NCBI GenBank assembly: GCA_965652295.1
Contig: CBFGTS010000010.1
Location: 32,001-96,000 of the forward strand
From: an uncultured Haloferula sp.
Lineage (GTDB): Bacteria > Verrucomicrobiota > Verrucomicrobiia > Verrucomicrobiales > Akkermansiaceae
Length of the DNA stretch: 64,000 nucleotides
Direction: 5' to 3'
The position numbers were made by a program, and so were the translations under genes. Positions 19,301 through 29,600 of this stretch are shown one piece after another; within the stretch, counting starts at the first letter, position 1; each line of letters opens with the position of its first letter. A model generated the notes under the pieces. It did no database searches and was not told the origin of the DNA. It was given only the letters and a program-made list of their open reading frames with translations.

Positions 19301-21610
19301 CCGGTCGTCGAACCGTTGGGGGAAAAACGTGCTGCCGAGGTGCGCGGCGTAGCGCTGGATCAGACGGTCAATGAAGTCCGGGTTGTTCGCGAGGCGATCG
19401 AAGAGCGTGTAGTCAGCGAGGAAGTTGTCGATCAGGGAGCCGGAGAGGTTGGCGGTGTCGAAGCCGCGGTCGAAGTCGTTGACGATCCACTGCCACTTCG
19501 AGCCATCGGAGTGGCCGCGCCAGAACTCGCGGTTGTGCGACCAGCTGGTGTTCACCGCGAAGTCGGTGGCGATGACGTAATCGATCAGCGAATCGAGGTT
19601 CACCTGTTCGGCGATTTGGGCGAAAATCGCCGGGTCGCCGGGATCGTTGGTAGTGACGAAGTCCAGCAGGGCCTGGTAGCGATCCGTCGTTCCGGCATCG
19701 GCCGTCAGGCGGGTGATCCCGGCCGAGTCGTGAGCGTACTGGATGAGATCGTATTCTCCTTCGGCGAGGTAGTGTTCCTGGGCGAAGTACGCGGCATCGA
19801 AGCGCTTGCGGATGTTGTAGATGCCCCGGAAGTCGCCGTTGAGATAAAGAATGGAGGGACGGTAGCTGTAGAGACCGGCGTCCATCTGGCCGCGGAGGAT
19901 GGAGGGCATCATCGCATCGCGCAGGAGCGTTTCCTCCCAGTCATCGCCACCGTTGCGGAGGTTGAACTGGCCGATCGCCGCCGAGGGTTCGCCCGGGAAC
20001 AGTTGGTAGGGCACGGCGTCGTCGCCATACTTGCCGCGGCAGTAGATGTTGAAAGGCTTCTGGGCTTTCTGCCAGATGTTCTCGCCGGCGATACGGACTC
20101 CGGCGCTCACGGCGAACGCGGGCGAGCGGTCCTGCTCGAAGAACTCGAGCCTCACCGGAGCCTCGCGGCCTTTGAAGGGATAGGCGGTGTCGTTGCTGTG
20201 GATGCCGATATCATCGCCGAACAGGGTTTCCGGATCGGCCACCAAGGAGAAAACCGGCAGACCGGGAGAGGCATCAGCATTGAGAAACCATGAGCGCGTC
20301 AGGGTGGGACCGGGGATTTTCCCTTCTTCGAAGACGCGGGCGCGGAGGATGGTGGTGGTGGTGAGGGGGAGAGGGGTGGAGTAAACCGTCGACTCCGGCC
20401 GCGGATCGGAGCCGTCGAGCGTGTAGCGGATGGATCCCGCCGGTCCACCGGAGAGGCTGACGGAACCGGCGTCGTCGAGGAAACCGCTGTCGAGGGAAGC
20501 AATGACCTCCGGAGAGGTGGCGAAGGGCTCCGCGAGGGGGACCGGGGTGTTCGCCGATCCCGGGGTGGGCACGCCGAAAAAGACCCAATCGCCGCCGGCA
20601 TCGCGCCCTTGGGAGATGTCGGTGGTCTGGGGGCCGAAGGTGACGGCGTCGACTTGCACCGGGGGGCTGGTCAGGACGGCGGCGATGAGTTCCGCGTCGA
20701 AACTCAGGTCGCTGCTGGAACCGGATTCCTGATGTAACTCGATGGCCAGCACGTTGTCGCCGGGAAGCAGGGACGCGCTGCCAATGTCGATGCTTTCATA
20801 AACGTTTTCGGCCGGCGCGAGCTGATTGGAATAGTCGTTGTGGGCCACGGGCCCTTCAGGCAGCCGGAGGCGGGCGACCTCAACGCCGTTCAGAAAAACG
20901 AGTGCGCTGTCATCGGCCATCAGGTTGAGGCGGAGGTGGCTCACAAGCGAGGGATCGGCGATGGTGAAATGCCGGCGGAAACGGGCCGAGGCGTGTTTGG
21001 TGCTACTATTTCCCCCGTAGCTGATCGTCGTCTGGATCCAGCTGTCGTTGTAGCCCAGAGGAGCGTTTCCCGAGGCCCACGGGGTATCGTCGTAGGTATG
21101 GGTCATCCACGCCGCACCGGGATCGGTGCCGGTGTCGTCGTACTTCCAGGCGGCCTCGCGGGCGATCAGGGTTTCATCAGCCGGAGGCGTCTCCACGCGG
21201 AAAAGGGCGACGTCCTCGCCGTTCGCGCTGAGGGAGAAGGAAGCATGGTGGCGGCGGGTGACGAACGTGCTACCCCAGGGATAGTAGCCGCGGACGTGGA
21301 TTTCACCGGGGCCGGCGTTGAAGCCATCCGCCCGGACGACGAGATGGCCATGGGGCGGGATGCTCGCGCCGGCGGGAAACGCCCATTTCGTCGGAGCGCT
21401 GAGATCGTCGGAAAGATAGTAGCCGTCCAGGCTCGCGGTGCTGTCGCCGGCATTGTGGAGCTCGATCCAGTCCGAGTAGTCGTCAAAGTCGGCGTTGTCC
21501 GGAAACACCGTGTTGTTCGACGCCATGAACTCCGAAATCTGAACTTGTCCGACGAGTGAGGTCGAAAGGAGGACCGAGAGGAATCCTGGATGAAGAGCAG
21601 CGCGTCGCAT
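16388..21610 (-). CDS. Secreted lamin-tail-domain / CotH kinase / right-handed beta-helix protein
   Basis: ISEFMASN...DWIELHN lamin-tail repeats; IRYTLDGSDP Fn3/chitobiase-like; CotH-like LRNGGDDW, LYLNGDFRGIYNIR, WQWIVNDFDRGF; DGIDVGE beta-helix; ends RAFFRLVVEQR. Confidence 0.8.
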   Translation of the reverse strand: MRRAALHPGFLSVLLSTSLVGQVQISEFMASNNTVFPDNADFDDYSDWIELHNAGDSTASLDGYYLSDDLSAPTKWAFPAGASIPPHGHLVVRADGFNAGPGEIHVRGYYPWGSTFVTRRHHASFSLSANGEDVALFRVETPPADETLIAREAAWKYDDTGTDPGAAWMTHTYDDTPWASGNAPLGYNDSWIQTTISYGGNSSTKHASARFRRHFTIADPSLVSHLRLNLMADDSALVFLNGVEVARLRLPEGPVAHNDYSNQLAPAENVYESIDIGSASLLPGDNVLAIELHQESGSSSDLSFDAELIAAVLTSPPVQVDAVTFGPQTTDISQGRDAGGDWVFFGVPTPGSANTPVPLAEPFATSPEVIASLDSGFLDDAGSVSLSGGPAGSIRYTLDGSDPRPESTVYSTPLPLTTTTILRARVFEEGKIPGPTLTRSWFLNADASPGLPVFSLVADPETLFGDDIGIHSNDTAYPFKGREAPVRLEFFEQDRSPAFAVSAGVRIAGENIWQKAQKPFNIYCRGKYGDDAVPYQLFPGEPSAAIGQFNLRNGGDDWEETLLRDAMMPSILRGQMDAGLYSYRPSILYLNGDFRGIYNIRKRFDAAYFAQEHYLAEGEYDLIQYAHDSAGITRLTADAGTTDRYQALLDFVTTNDPGDPAIFAQIAEQVNLDSLIDYVIATDFAVNTSWSHNREFWRGHSDGSKWQWIVNDFDRGFDTANLSGSLIDNFLADYTLFDRLANNPDFIDRLIQRYAAHLGSTFFPQRFDDRLDALVSEQEPEIARHIARWNAAGGFNAATRQTQLEEIKEFVANRPSSAISRLQTELGISRPMAALSFAASPAAGGSIRIAGVPMLPAYNPSVNLFQGTPVEFVAEAAPGYTFSAWSDGSTEAVRTLNLTGALALTAHFTAGTETVMPPAITSAMQLTAADSPYVVDGDLVVETGATLTIDPGVTIAFTAGSSMLVHGTLLALGSEADPIHFTSRNGARWGNLGFFETSTVSTLSHAVIRGASVSRLDPLHLKAAISGYHADLVLDHIDIEGPQPVFARHGSTTLLDSRIHITFTGDGINVKTGSAHTERCTFTGNISVDTDAIDYDGVTDGIIRDNRIYNFRGDNSDGIDVGEGCVNLLVEKNRIYNNSDKGVSVGQGSEVVMRQNLIVGCALGVGIKDAGSAATIDQNTFARNDVGVSAYEKNPGAGGGTGIVTNCIFSRSKLAPVTVDALSTLSVAYSLSDTLPLAGVGNLLADPLFVSPGVYDFSLQLFSPAIDAGDPFHILDPDLSRTDIGMAYVYDPLDYPFLPPSVIVINEVLSSSPTGADWIELHNQGSEAIDLGGWYLSDSGTDLMKYRIADGTEIPAGGYRVFTEADHFGSVSVDPGAINPFALSALGETVHLYRPATELELEYHESEDFGAAEPDVSFGRYFKASSSTFNFVAMRTPTPGAANPLPKVGPIVISEIMYHPAANADAEFFELLNVSDAPVTLYDPGRGAPWAVTQGVVFTFPSLTPVTMQPGERIILTRSIAAFNSAYGAPDGTQVFQWLTGGLSNSGETLEIGLPSDLDDLLVRQYVRVDRVNFSDVEPWPVAADGSGSTLERINVFAYGNDAINWTAATASPGTPETLASFAGWAENASLPPDLAGPADDADGDGVANLIEYALGTPPMGGSNPPFFNITPENGGAATVIQLPALRDDLIYAMETSPDLSAGSWAPATNASLLPSDGGWEVRASATGSRAFFRLVVEQR

Positions 21611-21780
21611 GGGTGAGTTCGCCTCCTTAAGTTCCTGACAATGAGTTTCCTAGAAAAATATCGCGTAAGGCAATTGCTGAGATCGCGACTCAAAAATGGA
21701 AGACAGGGATGAGGCTTGGTGCCCGGTTTCCGGCAGATTTTGCTGAGACGGGACGGGCTCTGCCGGGGCTCGCTTGGAGC

Positions 21781-22830
21781 ATGACGACCCGGGACACATC
21801 CGTTTCGACCGACGCCGCGCTGCTGGGCTGCCTTCAGGAGTCCATCCCTTTTGTCCGGCAGCCCTTTGACGAGATCGGGAAACGCTGCGGACTTTCGGAA
21901 AACGAAGTTCTCGAGCGGATCTGTGCCCTGAAAGCGGAGAAGGTCATCCGCCAGGTGAGCGCGATCTTTGACACCCGCAGCCTTGGCTATGCCTCAAGCC
22001 TGGTCGCGGCGCGGGTGGCTCCGGAGCGGCTGGGCCGTGCGGTGGAGGCGATCAACTCGCACCCCGGCGTGAGCCACAACTATCTGAGGAATCACGATTT
22101 CAACCTCTGGTACACCATTGCCGTGCCACCGGTGAGCCGGTTGGGCTTGGAGGGCACGGTGAAGCGGCTTCACGAGCTGTCCGGGGCGGAATCGACCCGC
22201 CTGCTGCCGACCTTGAAGCTGTTCAAGATCGGAGTGCGTTTCGATACCGAAGGCTCGTCCCGCCCGACGGACCAGGAAAAGCCCGTCTATACCGAGGCCA
22301 GTCGCAGCGAGCTGAAACCGCTGACGCCGCAGGAAATCGAGTTCGTGCGCCTGATGCAGCGGGACCTCGATCTGACGCCGGAGCCATTCGTGGCGGTGGC
22401 ACAGGAACTCGGACTGTCTTTCGATGCGGCGGCGGCGATGCACGGCCGTTTCCTGGCGAGTGGGCGGATGCGGCGTTTCGCGGCGGTGCTGCATCACCGG
22501 CGGGCGGGCTTCGGTGCGAATGCGATGGGTGTGTGGGCCGGTCCGCACGACGACCCGCGGGCGCTGGAGGAGCTGGGGCGGGCCATGGCGGGATTCCGTG
22601 CCGTGAGCCATTGCTACCAGCGGCCGAGTTATCCCGATTGGCCCTACAATCTTTTCACCATGGTTCACGGCAAGACGCCGGAGGAGTGCGAGGAGACGCT
22701 GGCTGCGATCGCCGCGGCGACCGGTATCGACCAGAGGCTCGCCCTCTACTCCACCAAGGAGTTCAAGAAAGTGCGGGTGAAGTATTTCACCGACGACGAA
22801 GTGCGGTGGGAAGAGGCGGAACCTGCCTGA
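21781..22830 (+). CDS. Fused siroheme decarboxylase AhbA/AhbB (NirDL-like, Lrp/AsnC fold)
   Basis: Two AsnC-like halves with HPGVSHNYLRNHDFNLWYT and VSHCYQRPSYPDWPYNLFTMVHG, plus LYSTKEFKKVRVKYF. Confidence 0.85.
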   Translation: MTTRDTSVSTDAALLGCLQESIPFVRQPFDEIGKRCGLSENEVLERICALKAEKVIRQVSAIFDTRSLGYASSLVAARVAPERLGRAVEAINSHPGVSHNYLRNHDFNLWYTIAVPPVSRLGLEGTVKRLHELSGAESTRLLPTLKLFKIGVRFDTEGSSRPTDQEKPVYTEASRSELKPLTPQEIEFVRLMQRDLDLTPEPFVAVAQELGLSFDAAAAMHGRFLASGRMRRFAAVLHHRRAGFGANAMGVWAGPHDDPRALEELGRAMAGFRAVSHCYQRPSYPDWPYNLFTMVHGKTPEECEETLAAIAAATGIDQRLALYSTKEFKKVRVKYFTDDEVRWEEAEPA

Positions 22831-22922
22831 GCCGTAGGAGGGCGGAGAAAGACCTAAGAAACCTGTCGTGCCGGGGGTTGGGAGAGCGGAACTTTTCACC
22901 AACCCTCCCTGAACATCCGCCC

Positions 22923-24116
22923 ATGAGTCTGCACGCCGAGATCACCGATGAAGCCCGCCGCCGGCTTCACTCCCAACGCCGCAATTCGTCGATCGCCTCG
23001 ATGGTGATCGCCTTCCTGGTGTTGGTCCTGATCGGTCTGCTGCTCGGCTTCATTTTCATCAGCCCGCTGCTCAGGGAGATTCCGGTGCTTGTCACTTTCA
23101 CGCCGCCTGCGGAGCAGGAACAGCCGATGGAGCAGAAAAAAATGACCCGCAAGGTGCAGACGAAGCCGACCTCGCCGTCCTCGGCTTCGATGGCCAAAGT
23201 CATCGCCGCCAACGTGGCCGCGCCCACCTCGGTGCCGGTGCCCGAGATGGACGTCACGGACCCCGCGGTCGATTTCGGCGCGAGTAACGGTCTGGGCGAC
23301 GACTGGGGCAGTGGCGGATTCACCGATGGCGGCGGCGCGGGCGGCGGCGGAATGTTCGGTTCGCCTACCGGGCCGGGCTTGAAGGGCAGTTTCTACGATC
23401 TGAAGCAGGATCCGTCGGGCGAGCCCACGGAAATGGGGCTGCAGGCTTTCGAGGCCGGGGGGAAATTCGAAGTCGGTGCTCCCGTGAACCGTCGCTATGA
23501 CGAGGTGCTGGCCCGTGCGGTGCGGCAGAACCTCGATGACGGCGCGCTTTCCAAATACTTCAAGGCGCCCCGCGAACTCCGGCTCACCCAGCTTTACATT
23601 CCGAATCTGAGCGCCGAGGAGGCTCCGAAGTCGTTCGAGATCGGCGACCGGGTTAAGGGCCGGCGCTGGGGCATCATCTACCGCGGCAAGGTGACCGTAC
23701 CGGAGGACGGCCGCTACCGGTTTGTCGGCTTCGCCGACGACATTCTTGTGGTCCTGGTGAACAAGCGGGAGGTGCTCGATGGCAGCCTGGCGAAGTTCCT
23801 CGATGACGCCGACGAGCGCGACAGCTTTCAACAGGAGAACACCATCAACGGTTGGAAGACCTATCAGGGCCGTTGGTTGAACCTCGATGCCGGGGAGCAA
23901 CTGGATCTCGCCGTCCTGATTGGCGAACGACCTGGGGGGCATTTCCTAGGCTTCCTGCAGATCGAGAAAGACGGTGTGGAATACGCGAAGGACTCGCTGG
24001 GGGCGGCCAAGCTGCCGCTTTTCAAAATGGCCCCCGGTCCGGCACCCAGCATCGGCCGCGGGGTTCCGCCGCTCGCTCCCGACACTGCTTGGTCGATCTG
24101 GCCTTCTTCGTCCTGA
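22923..24116 (+). CDS. Membrane-anchored protein with Pro/Gly linker and PA14-like domain
   Basis: Single N-terminal TM, GLKGSFYDLKQ, YRGKVTVPEDGRYRFVGFADDILVV. Confidence 0.65.
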   Translation: MSLHAEITDEARRRLHSQRRNSSIASMVIAFLVLVLIGLLLGFIFISPLLREIPVLVTFTPPAEQEQPMEQKKMTRKVQTKPTSPSSASMAKVIAANVAAPTSVPVPEMDVTDPAVDFGASNGLGDDWGSGGFTDGGGAGGGGMFGSPTGPGLKGSFYDLKQDPSGEPTEMGLQAFEAGGKFEVGAPVNRRYDEVLARAVRQNLDDGALSKYFKAPRELRLTQLYIPNLSAEEAPKSFEIGDRVKGRRWGIIYRGKVTVPEDGRYRFVGFADDILVVLVNKREVLDGSLAKFLDDADERDSFQQENTINGWKTYQGRWLNLDAGEQLDLAVLIGERPGGHFLGFLQIEKDGVEYAKDSLGAAKLPLFKMAPGPAPSIGRGVPPLAPDTAWSIWPSSS

Positions 24117-24161
24117 GGTAGCCAAGCGCGAAGCTCGAAGAGCGTTACGAGGGAATCGGGA

Positions 24162-25742
24162 TCAGTCGCCGAAGGGAGGTTCGCAGACGAGGGTGCGATA
24201 GTCGGCGGCGTCGCGGGTGGTGAGGACGGGCGAGTCCTCGGCCGGTGTGGTGCGGAGGTGGTGGAAACGGGCGTCCCGGACGTCCTGAAGATGGAGGGGT
24301 GGGCGGAGGTCGGGCTTTTCCGTGACGACGGAGACGTGGTCGAAGGTGATGCCGCGGACGTGCCTCAGCAGGAAGCCGTGGCAGTTGGTGATGCCGAACA
24401 TCGATGGCTCCGGGTAGGCCTCATCGACGTCCGGCAGCTCGCGCTCCGCGTGGTCGCGGGTCCCGCCGCCCTCGGTATGGATGTGGATGTGGCTGAGCGT
24501 GACATCCTCCACCGGCTGGCTGGCCATGCCGGCGATGATCGAGGCGTAGTCGGCGTCCGCGTTGTAAACGTTGACGTGGCTGATGCGGACGCGGCGCAGG
24601 GCACCGGGCTTGGTGCCCTGCGGCGCGCGGAGGCGGGCACCGAGGCGGAGGAAAATCGGGGCGTTGACGATGTCGCGCATGGTCACGTTGGAAATGGTGA
24701 CGTCCTCGAGGAAGCCGCCGTCGACGGTCTCCAGCGCGATCCCGCGGCAGCGTTCCATGGTGATGTTGTGGATCGCGATGTTGCGGAAACCGCCGTTCGA
24801 CTCGGTGCCGAACTTGATCCGCCCGCAGACGCCCTCGCGGTCCGGCGCCTCGGTCTGGGTGCGGCCGTAGGTGCCGTCGAGCAGGGTGCCGAGGTCGAAA
24901 CCGCTGACCTGGCAGTTGGTGATCGTGACGTTTTCCGTGACACGGTTCTCGCCGAGGGCGAAGGAGCTTTTCAGGCAGATCGCGTCGTCGTTGGGAGAAT
25001 TGATGAGGCAGTTCGAGACGCGGACGTTGCGGCAGCAGTCGATGTCGAAGCCGTCGCGGTTGGTATCGACCTTGAGGTTGTCCAGCGTCAGGCCATCGAT
25101 CCCGGTCGCCAGCAGCGCGAAGTGGCCGGCGCGAAAGATCGTGAGATCGCGGATCGTCACATTCCGGCATTCCTTCAGCGCGATCGCCTTGGTGCCGAGC
25201 CCGTCCATGCTTTCGTTGCCGTCCTCGCCGCCGGGATTGACGGCGATCTTCGCGCCTTCCTCATCATCGAGGGAGAGCGGGAAATCTCCTTCCTTGGTCG
25301 GCCGCCGTGGCCCCGGGCTTTTGCGTGAGAGACCTTTGCCGTCGATTTTCCCTGGTCCGGAAATCGTCACGTTTTCCAAGCCGATCCCCCACATCAGGCT
25401 GTTCTGCCAATGGCTGTGGCCGAAATCCTGGTACATGTCCCACGGGTTCGGCTCCGGCAGGTCGTAGCGGCCTTGACCATCGGCCGGATCGGCGGCGAGG
25501 AGGATGGAGCCGGCGTCGAAGGCGAGGTGGATGTTGCTCTTCAGGTGGATGGAAAAGCTCAGGTAGGTCCCGGCGGGAAAACGCACCGTGCCGCCGCCCG
25601 CCTCGGCCGCGGTGGCGATGGTGCGGTTGATCGCATCGGTATCGAGCGTGGTGCCATCGCCCTTGGCTCCGAAGTCACGGATGTTGAAATCGGCGGCGAG
25701 CAGCGGGGAAAGGAAGCTGAGGAGCAGTGCGGGCAGTCTCAT
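24162..25742 (-). CDS. Glycoside hydrolase family 28 (polygalacturonase/rhamnogalacturonase-like)
   Basis: FNIRDFGAKGDG, NRDGFDID, DDAICLKS, RIKFGTES. Confidence 0.88.
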   Translation of the reverse strand: MRLPALLLSFLSPLLAADFNIRDFGAKGDGTTLDTDAINRTIATAAEAGGGTVRFPAGTYLSFSIHLKSNIHLAFDAGSILLAADPADGQGRYDLPEPNPWDMYQDFGHSHWQNSLMWGIGLENVTISGPGKIDGKGLSRKSPGPRRPTKEGDFPLSLDDEEGAKIAVNPGGEDGNESMDGLGTKAIALKECRNVTIRDLTIFRAGHFALLATGIDGLTLDNLKVDTNRDGFDIDCCRNVRVSNCLINSPNDDAICLKSSFALGENRVTENVTITNCQVSGFDLGTLLDGTYGRTQTEAPDREGVCGRIKFGTESNGGFRNIAIHNITMERCRGIALETVDGGFLEDVTISNVTMRDIVNAPIFLRLGARLRAPQGTKPGALRRVRISHVNVYNADADYASIIAGMASQPVEDVTLSHIHIHTEGGGTRDHAERELPDVDEAYPEPSMFGITNCHGFLLRHVRGITFDHVSVVTEKPDLRPPLHLQDVRDARFHHLRTTPAEDSPVLTTRDAADYRTLVCEPPFGD

Positions 25743-25811
25743 GGGTCTCGACCGCAGCCTACGCGTTCCGTCTCCCGGCTGCCAACCGCCCCGATCGGAG
25801 GATGGCCGGGC

Positions 25812-26378
25812 TCAGGCATTCTGGGCGGCGTGCTTCCCTTCGGCGAATTCTTCGATGGCCATCGCGCAAAAAGCGTCGAGGTCATCCGGCTTGCGGCTGG
25901 TCACGAGACCTTCGTCCACGTGGACCTCCTCGTCCACCCAGCGGCCACCGGCGTTTTCGATGTCGGTCTTCAGGCTCGGCCATGAGGTCAGGGTGCGGCC
26001 GTTGACGACGCCGGCCTCGACCAGCGTCCACGGCCCGTGGCAGATGGCGGCGACGGGCTTGTGCTGCTCGAAGAACGAGCGGACGAAGGCCACCGCGTCC
26101 TCATTCACGCGCAAGGCGTCGGGATTGTGAACGCCGCCGGGGAGCAGGAGGCCATCGAACTCGTCCGCTGTCACCGAGGAAACGGTGTGATCGACCTTGA
26201 AGCGATCGGCCTTGTCGGCGTGGTTGAAGCCCTGGATTTCGCCGGTTTTCAGCGAGATGATCTCGACGGTGGCCCCGGCTTTTTCAAGTGCGGCACGAGG
26301 ACGGGTGAGTTCGACTTGTTCGAAGCCATCGGTGGCGAGGATGGCGATGGTTTTCTGACTGAGGTCGTGGTGTTTCAT
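25812..26378 (-). CDS. PfpI/DJ-1 family type 1 glutamine amidotransferase-like protein
   Basis: IAILATDGFEQVEL, LLLPGGVHNPDALR, AAICHGPW, LVTSRKPDDL. Confidence 0.9.
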   Translation of the reverse strand: MKHHDLSQKTIAILATDGFEQVELTRPRAALEKAGATVEIISLKTGEIQGFNHADKADRFKVDHTVSSVTADEFDGLLLPGGVHNPDALRVNEDAVAFVRSFFEQHKPVAAICHGPWTLVEAGVVNGRTLTSWPSLKTDIENAGGRWVDEEVHVDEGLVTSRKPDDLDAFCAMAIEEFAEGKHAAQNA

Positions 26379-26617
26379 GGTCCGGCGGAACAAGCCCGCG
26401 GCGTGCCCGACGGGCTTCCCACAACCGGCGGCCCCTGATGGCGGGGCGGGGATGCGTGCTGCACGGAAGCGGTTGCGGAATGAAAAGTCCTGAGGGTGGA
26501 TTTGGGTCGTCCTACATGACGGGTCTCGTTCCCGAACGCCGGCGGAATCGTGCCCTGCCCCGGCCGCAACTCCTCTTGTTGCGTTCTCATTTTGAGACGC
26601 TAGGGTCCCTCAAACCC

Positions 26618-29600
26618 ATGATACCCCAGCTTTCCCTGGGCGCCGCGCTCCCCATCGCGGCGCTCTTCGCTTACCCATGTCTCTCGACCGCCGCCGAGTT
26701 GGTCGATCTCGATGCCTCCAGCCTTTCCCCCGGCACCCTGGCCTCCTGGTCGAATCAAGGGACTCTGGGGGGCGATTTCCTGCAGGGACAGAGTTTCCGC
26801 CGGCCTGAGGTGGAGGATGTCCTTGGGATCCAGGGAGTGACGTTCGATGGCAGCAGTGACCACCTGATCGGGCCGGTGGCTCCCGAGTCGCTCAACGGGA
26901 ACGGCGACCGGACGGTGATCGCCTGGGTTTACAACGCCGACGTGGGCCCGGAAGAAACGATTGTTTCCTGGGGCCGCCGCGACGGTCCGGATCGCAGTTT
27001 GTCGGCCTTTTTCCACGGTTCCCACGATACCTGGGGCTGCTTCGGGGGATGGGGCGTGGCCGATGTCGGCTGGGCAAACCAGGAGAAGCCGGGCGTGTGG
27101 ACCTGCTGTACCTTTGTCTACGACAGCAGCAGCGGGATGTTCCGCGCCTACACGGACGGACGGCTTTCGACGAGCAAGTCGATAGGACCGCTGGCGACCT
27201 GGTCGGCGGATACCTCCGGCGATTCCCTACGTCTCCGGCTGGCCGCGCAATCGGCACCGAATGGCAACACGACCTACATCAACGGCGGCATGACGATCGC
27301 CCGGCTGCGGGTTCATGACACGGCTTTCACCGAAGCCGAGGTGGTGAACGAGTTCGTGGCGGAGGCCCCGGATTTCGGGCTCGCGGCGTTCTTCATCGTG
27401 AACTTCGCGGCCGACAACACCACGATCTATGCGGGCGAATCCGCGGATCTCTCCTGGGAGGTGGAGGGGGCGGCGACCGTGACCATGACGCCCCCGGTTG
27501 ATCTTTCCGGCGGGAGTCCGGTGACGGTCTCTCCGACGCAAACGACCGAATACATCCTGACGGCATCCGACGGGGCGCAGGAACTGACGTCGTCCGTCAC
27601 CATCCAGGTGCTTCCCGGAGTGCCGGTGGCGGAAGACGGGCATCTGGTCGTTGTGCAGGACTCCTCCGCCGAGATCACGCTGGTCGCGGACGATCCGAAC
27701 GATCCGGTCGCCTCGTTGGCTTGGGAGATCGTGGATGCTCCTGTGCATGGCACCCTTTCGGGGACGGCCCCGGCGCTGACCTACACGCCGGCGGCGGGAT
27801 ACAGCGGGACGGATTCCTTCACCTTCCGCGTGGGCGATGGAGTGAACCTGTCGAATGTGGCCACGGTTTCGATCACCATCGATCCTCCACCGTCCGCGCC
27901 GGCGCTGGTGGAGTTCTCGGAAGGTTCGATCTCGACCTTGTCGGTGTCCGGAAGTTTTCTCGGAAACCTGACCGCCCAGGACCCGAACTACGGGGACACC
28001 CATACCTTCGAACTCGTCGCCGGCGTGGGAGATGACGACAACGCCATGTTTTCGATCGTGGGCAATCAACTGCTCGCGACCGGCAGCTTCGCCGGCCAGG
28101 GAGGCACGGATTTTTCGATCCGTATCCGGGTGACCGATGCTGGCGGCCTGACCTACGAACAGGTGCTGACGCTCACCGCCGAGGTGCCTTCCGAAACGGT
28201 GGTCATCAACGAAATCCACTACGATCCGGAAGACAACCGGCCATTGGAATTTGTGGAAATCCACAACCCGACGGCGGCGGAGATCGATATGTCCGGCTGG
28301 CAGTTCACCTCCGGAATTGATTTCACCTTCCCCGCCTTCTCGCAGATCGGACCGGGCGGCTATCTGGTGGTGGCGATCGATCCCGCGGCCTTCGAGCAGC
28401 AGTACGGGTTTACGCCGCTTGGGCCGTATGACGGCAAGTTGTCGGGCGATGGTGAGGAAGTCGTGCTGGCCGACGGAGCGGGCAACGTGATGGACTCGGT
28501 GGATTACGGCAGCACCTTTCCGTGGCCCATCGCCGCGGGCGGGGATGGATCCTCGATGGAGCTGATCCATCCGCAGCTCGACAACGATCTGGCGGGTTCG
28601 TGGCGGAGTTCCGGAGCGGCGGGGAGTTTTCCCGAACTGACCTACATCGATCGTGCGGCGGGAGGCTGGAGTTGGCGTCCGGGATCGACGGAGGCCTCGA
28701 GCCCGATCGATGCCTGGCGGCAGAACGGTTTCGTGGAAGACGGCACCTGGCAGACCGCGCAGGCTCCGATCGGTTACGGCGAGATCTCCAGCGGGGCGGG
28801 GATCCTTTCGCTGAACACCGTGATCAGTGGCATGCAGAACGACTACCGCTGCATTTTCCTGCGGAAAACGTTCACGATCGAGCCCGGCGAGGTGCCCGCC
28901 AATCTCTCTCTTCGCTTCTCGAAGGACGACGGCGCGCTCATTTGGATCAATGGCGTGCTGGTCGCCTCGCGAAACATGCTGACCACGGATCCGACGATCG
29001 ACACCTTCGCTGCGAGCGATAGCGACACGGAGGGGCTATGGTATGAAGAGCCGATCACCAACGCGACGACCTTCCTCGTGGAGGGGCAAAACACCGTGGC
29101 GGTGCAGGTTTTCAACGGCACCTTGGGCAGCTCCGATCTGGGCTTCGATCTGGAACTCATCCGCCCGGCGGGCGAGCTGACTTTTCAGCCCACTCCCGGG
29201 GCGCGCAACACGGTGCGCTCCCCGACGGCACCACCGCAGCTTCGCCAGGTATCCCATGAGTCCGAACAGCCGGCATCCGGCGAGCCGGTCAAGATCACGG
29301 TCAAAGCCACCGATCCGCAGGGGATCGGCGAGGTCCGGCTGCTTTACCAACTCGTCGAGCCCGGAGCCTACATTCCCGCCCGATTTCCGCGCACCGTCAC
29401 CGAGATCCTCGCGGATCCCCAGGGCGAGCGTCCGGAGAACCCGGAGTTCGAGGACCCGGCGAACTGGGTTTCGGTGACGATGGTTGATGACGGCTCGGCG
29501 GGCGATACCACCGCCGGCGACGGGGTGTTCACGGCGATGATCCCGGGACAAATCCACCGGACCCTGGTGCGCTACCGGATCGAGGCGGAGGACCTCCCCG

